From assembly GCA_023252195.1 (NCBI GenBank), contig JAHEXI010000008.1:96980-160979 (forward strand): 64,000 nucleotides of DNA, written 5' to 3'. Shown here piece after piece: positions 60,414 through 64,000 of this stretch. The position numbers and the translations under genes are program-made. The notes beneath the pieces were generated by a model that saw only the letters and a program-made list of their open reading frames with translations, searched no databases and was not told the DNA's origin. The stretch is from Pseudonocardiales bacterium. GTDB lineage: Bacteria > Actinomycetota > Actinomycetes > Mycobacteriales > Pseudonocardiaceae. Positions within the stretch are counted from its first letter, which is position 1. Every line of letters begins with the position of its first letter.

Positions 60414-61300
60414 CCTGTGTCCTCCTCACCCCGACCGGACTCACTGCCGGTAGGGCCCGACTCGACCGCGATGCCCCAGTACCGCTGTTGCTGCCCGCTC
60501 ATGGCCACCGTGGTGAGTACACCGGCCTGGCGGGTGCCCGAACTCGCAGCCCAGCGCAGCCGCCGCCCGCCGGGACCGGCGGTCTCACCGCTCTGGTCGA
60601 GCAGGTACAGATCGCGGGCGAACTCGGCGCGGGTGTAGTCCCGGGACTGCCCGGGCAGCAGCGTCAGAGCGTTGTAGACCTCAAGCAGCCGCACCACCGA
60701 GCCCGGCGGCTTGGCCTGCCCGGCGACGACGAGATCGTAGGCGCCGACCAGGCTCGCCAGGAACGGCGCCGGCTTGAACCGGGGCCCGGCCCGCTGTGCC
60801 TTGGCGAGCTGTGCGACCACGACCGATGGTCGGATCCCGCGGGCCCGCTTGCGGTCGATCTCCAGCGCGAGGTCGCCGGGCAGCACCCGCACGATCGACG
60901 GGTAGCACAGCAGCCGGTCGTCCTCGGCGAACATAGCGACGTCCGCGGCTTCGGCCTCGGCGAGCAGCTCCTTGGCGTAAGCACCAGAGCCGAGCATGTC
61001 GACTTCGTCGACGTCGTAGGCAGTGGCCGCAGCGCCCACTCGCTGCACGACCTCACCGGCCATCGCCTGCACCGCGTCCAGGGCCCGGCGCAACTCCCTC
61101 ACCTGGCCCGACGCGGCCGCAGCGTGGGCCCGCTTCAGCTCGCGAGTCAGCGAGGCGACGGCCTTGCTGCTGGTCTCCACCGCACGCTCCACCCTGGTGA
61201 GCGCGCCCTCCAGACCGGCCGTGTCCTGGCTGCTGCTTGCTTCCTCGTCCTGCATGGGCGACAGGGTATCCACCAGCTCGCCGCACGATGCCCCGCCCAC
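60410..61300 (-). CDS. Hypothetical protein: N-terminal coiled coil, putative C-terminal winged helix (start possibly ATG 61255)
   Basis: Heptad-like N-terminus; VRLLEVYNALTLLP..YTRAEFARDLYLLDQSG; GTGA overlap with the next gene. Confidence 0.75.
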   Translation of the reverse strand: MGGASCGELVDTLSPMQDEEASSSQDTAGLEGALTRVERAVETSSKAVASLTRELKRAHAAAASGQVRELRRALDAVQAMAGEVVQRVGAAATAYDVDEVDMLGSGAYAKELLAEAEAADVAMFAEDDRLLCYPSIVRVLPGDLALEIDRKRARGIRPSVVVAQLAKAQRAGPRFKPAPFLASLVGAYDLVVAGQAKPPGSVVRLLEVYNALTLLPGQSRDYTRAEFARDLYLLDQSGETAGPGGRRLRWAASSGTRQAGVLTTVAMSGQQQRYWGIAVESGPTGSESGRGEEDTG

Positions 61301-61386
61301 ATGCCTGAGTTGAGATTGCCGCTCGACGCGGGGTCTTCGGCAGCGTCGCCCCGAGATCGTCGGGGTGCGCCGAAGACGGTCGCTGC

Positions 61387-61446
61387 CGTGAACTCGACGG
61401 TACCGACATTTCGCTGGGCGAAAAGGTACGTATTGTCGAGTTCACG
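61387..61446. repeat. Palindromic element family B, copy 4
   Basis: CGTGAACTCGAC...GTCGAGTTCACG. Confidence 0.9.
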
Positions 61447-61541
61447 GCAATTGGGTACCGGGAGGTGTTTCTCAGCGGCGGCGCGAGTTACTCGATAGGG
61501 CGACCGAACGCATAGCGTTTGACGGTGCGGGTAGTCGGCTG

Positions 61542-63497
61542 GTGCCGTGCTTGCCGACGTCGGGGGGTCGATCTGTGGTGAGACGGGTCAGCAGGTCTGT
61601 GGGGCGCGCGGGGACGACCCTGGCCAGCTTCGCTCTGGTAGCGGGTCTGCTGGCGTGCTCCGGTCCCAGCGGTGGCATGGGGTGGCCGCCGAGCACCGGG
61701 GCGGGGCCATGCCAGGTGACCAAACAGGCCGACGTGCCAGCGCGGATGCGTGATGGAATCGTGCTCAAGGCCGATGTCTACCGGCCTGCGGTACACGAGG
61801 CAGTGCCGGTGATTCTAATGCGCACCCAGTACGGCAAGGCCGGCGCGGACATCCAACCATCCCGGCTCCAGACGCCGTCCTGGTTCGCCTCGCAGTGCTA
61901 CCTGGTCGTGGTGCAGGACATCCGCGGCCAGGGTGCTTCCGGCGGGACCTTCTACGAGTACGCGAACGACGCCGACGACGGCTACGACACCGTGGAGTGG
62001 GCCGCAGCGCTGCCGGGCTCGAACGGCAAAGTCGGCATGTACGGCACGTCGTATGTAGGCGCCACCCAGTGGCTGGCGGCGATCCGTACTCCACCGCACC
62101 TGGTCACGATCGTGCCGACGAACACCTCATCGGACTACTACCAGAACTGGACCTATGAGGACGGCGCGTTCCGGCTGGCGTTCATCGAACCGTGGACGAT
62201 GGGCTCGATCGCGCGCAGCGCGGCCCGCCAGCGCGGCGACCTGACGACTGTCGCCGAGTTGACCGAGGCGGTGCACAACGCGGCGAGCTGGGAGCACTAC
62301 CGGCCCTACGCCAGCTTCCCACCGCTACACCCGGACGACCCGGCGGTGGCGCCGTACTTCTTCGACGCGATCCGACACCCGACCTACGACGAGTACTGGA
62401 AGCGCTGGAGCATCCGCGGGCACTACGACCAGGTGACGGTCCCGGTGTTGCACTTCGAGGGCTGGTACGACGCCTTCCTGGCCGGCGGGGTGGAGAACTT
62501 CGCCGGGATGGTCGCCCACGGCGCAACGGCTGCGGCACGCGCCGGGCAACGGATCGTCATCGGGCCGTGGGACCACATCGGCTGGGGTCGGCCCGGCAGT
62601 ATCGAGGCGCCGATGCTCAAGGACATCGGCCCGGTCGCCAACAGTCCGATCAACGAGCTGATGCTGGCCTGGTTCGACCACTACCTCAAAGGCCAACCCA
62701 GTGGCGTGGCCGGGTCCGGGCCGACCGTGGACTACTTCGAGATGGGTGCTAACCGGTGGCGATCCAGCACCGCCTGGCCGGTGCCGGGCACCCGATTCAC
62801 CCGCTACTACCTGGGCTCGGGTGGGCACGCGAACACCTCCATCGGGAACGGCACGCTGTCGGCGCAGGCACCCGGAGCCGGCGGCCCGACCGACACCTAC
62901 CGCTACGACCCGTCTGATCCGGTACCCAGCGTCGGCGGGCACTCCTGCTGCGCGGCGATTTCCGGCCCGCAGGGTCCCTACGATCAGGGACCGGTCGAGC
63001 AACGTCCGGACGTGCTCGTCTACACCACTGCGCCGCTGACCGAAGACACCGAGGTGACCGGACCGATCACGGTCACCCTGTATGCGGCGACCTCCGCACC
63101 GGACACCGACTTCACCGCCAAGCTGGTGGCCCTGCGCGCGGACGGGACCGCGCTGAACCTGAACAATGGCATCCAGAATGCCCGGTTACGGACCTCACTG
63201 GAGCGTGCCGAACCGGTCATCCCTGGCCAGATCAACGAGTACACCATCCACGTGTGGCCGACCAGCTACCTGTTCCCTGCCGGGAGCCGGATCCGGCTGG
63301 AGATCTCCAGCAGCGACTTCCCGCAGTTCGCGCCCAACCCGAACACCGGTCAGCCCTTCGGCACCGACGCAACCTGGCAGGCGGCCGACCAGACGATCTA
63401 CCACGATCCCGCCCACCCGTCCTCCGTGCTGCTGCCGATCGTGCCGCCTGACGACCCAGCCGTGCACACCTCAGCCACCTTCCCGATAGACGAGTAG
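61542..63497 (+). CDS. CocE/NonD family hydrolase, putative lipoprotein
   Basis: LLAC lipobox, MRDG..LKADVYRP, QDIRG, GTSYVG nucleophile, GWYD, GPWDH, ISSSDFP. Confidence 0.9.
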   Translation: MPCLPTSGGRSVVRRVSRSVGRAGTTLASFALVAGLLACSGPSGGMGWPPSTGAGPCQVTKQADVPARMRDGIVLKADVYRPAVHEAVPVILMRTQYGKAGADIQPSRLQTPSWFASQCYLVVVQDIRGQGASGGTFYEYANDADDGYDTVEWAAALPGSNGKVGMYGTSYVGATQWLAAIRTPPHLVTIVPTNTSSDYYQNWTYEDGAFRLAFIEPWTMGSIARSAARQRGDLTTVAELTEAVHNAASWEHYRPYASFPPLHPDDPAVAPYFFDAIRHPTYDEYWKRWSIRGHYDQVTVPVLHFEGWYDAFLAGGVENFAGMVAHGATAAARAGQRIVIGPWDHIGWGRPGSIEAPMLKDIGPVANSPINELMLAWFDHYLKGQPSGVAGSGPTVDYFEMGANRWRSSTAWPVPGTRFTRYYLGSGGHANTSIGNGTLSAQAPGAGGPTDTYRYDPSDPVPSVGGHSCCAAISGPQGPYDQGPVEQRPDVLVYTTAPLTEDTEVTGPITVTLYAATSAPDTDFTAKLVALRADGTALNLNNGIQNARLRTSLERAEPVIPGQINEYTIHVWPTSYLFPAGSRIRLEISSSDFPQFAPNPNTGQPFGTDATWQAADQTIYHDPAHPSSVLLPIVPPDDPAVHTSATFPIDE

Positions 63498-63534
63498 CGC
63501 GAGCGCCGCGCGAGCCGGCCAGTGACGGGGGCCG

Positions 63535-64000
63535 TCATGCGCTCACACTGTGGATCGCGGCGGCGGCAACGACTTCGGCAAGGCTTCCGCCGCGCCGCCA
63601 CACCGCGCGCTGCAGCGCCGAACCGTTGCCTCGGCCGAACACTGTGTCGGTGAGGTCCTGGACAGCGGCAACCTCGCCGAAGTCTTCGAGGGCCGGTGTG
63701 ACGTGCTCGATCAGCGCCCGCACCACACACCGAGCCGGAGCGGGCTGGCCGTCTGCACCGATGAGACTGCCGTCGAGGCCGGATCGGGCGGACCGCCACC
63801 CCGCCAGGCGAAGCAACTCCACTCGCATCGGAGTCGGGGGCTGGTCCTGCCGCCACGCTCGGGCCGCGGTTTCTACCAGTGCTCTGGTCAAGCCAGCAAC
63901 CAGGACCGCGTCGTCGGAGTGCAGACAAACATCGGCCACCCGCACCTCGACCGTGGGATAGTTGTGGGACAGGCGAGCGTTGAAGTAGATCATTGCTTCG
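63535..64000 (-). CDS. Glutamate--cysteine ligase (YbdK-type), C-terminal part
   Basis: YF.ARLS..YPTVEVRVAD, WRSARSGL, GNGSALQR. Confidence 0.85.
   Translation of the reverse strand, partial: EAMIYFNARLSHNYPTVEVRVADVCLHSDDAVLVAGLTRALVETAARAWRQDQPPTPMRVELLRLAGWRSARSGLDGSLIGADGQPAPARCVVRALIEHVTPALEDFGEVAAVQDLTDTVFGRGNGSALQRAVWRRGGSLAEVVAAAAIHSVSA

Noticed and set aside
58165..61300. Calling the operon a BREX system
   Set aside because: BREX is defined by pglZ plus brxC/pglY; neither is in the window

Overview
High-GC actinobacterial chromosome segment. It is most consistent with Pseudonocardiales (inference), because arabinogalactan genes are present without adjacent mycolate genes. 1-4.6 kb: core genes (SDR, pyrE, TrmH-family, GH76, class V aminotransferase). 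4.6-17.7 kb: accessory patchwork containing a frameshifted XRE regulator, an unannotated 46-aa Asp/Gly-rich peptide coupled to a PIMT-like methyltransferase (imiditide/pamtide-like RiPP), a 5'-truncated rifamycin-glycosyltransferase-like gene, two ferritin-like proteins plus a cupredoxin, a His-rich small protein and a DUF222-HNH gene. 17.9-57.5 kb: expanded arabinogalactan cluster (two glfT2, glf, PAP2, ubiA, dprE1/E2, gtrA, four Emb-like arabinosyltransferases, glfT1, wzt/wzm, and a PpgS/DUF2304/GT-C-like modification cassette), interrupted by DUF559, HelD, MFS, antiporter and VapBC genes. 58.2-61.3 kb: the best candidate for an undescribed system, a translationally coupled three-gene operon encoding a coiled-coil/putative winged-helix protein and two BrxD/DUF2791-like ATPases (one intact, one with degenerate Walker motifs), with no BREX core genes nearby. 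Two related families of ~60-62 bp palindromic elements are scattered through the window: one flanks the DUF559 nuclease gene, and a copy of the other sits in frame inside an emb gene. All family assignments come from motif recognition; no database searches were run.
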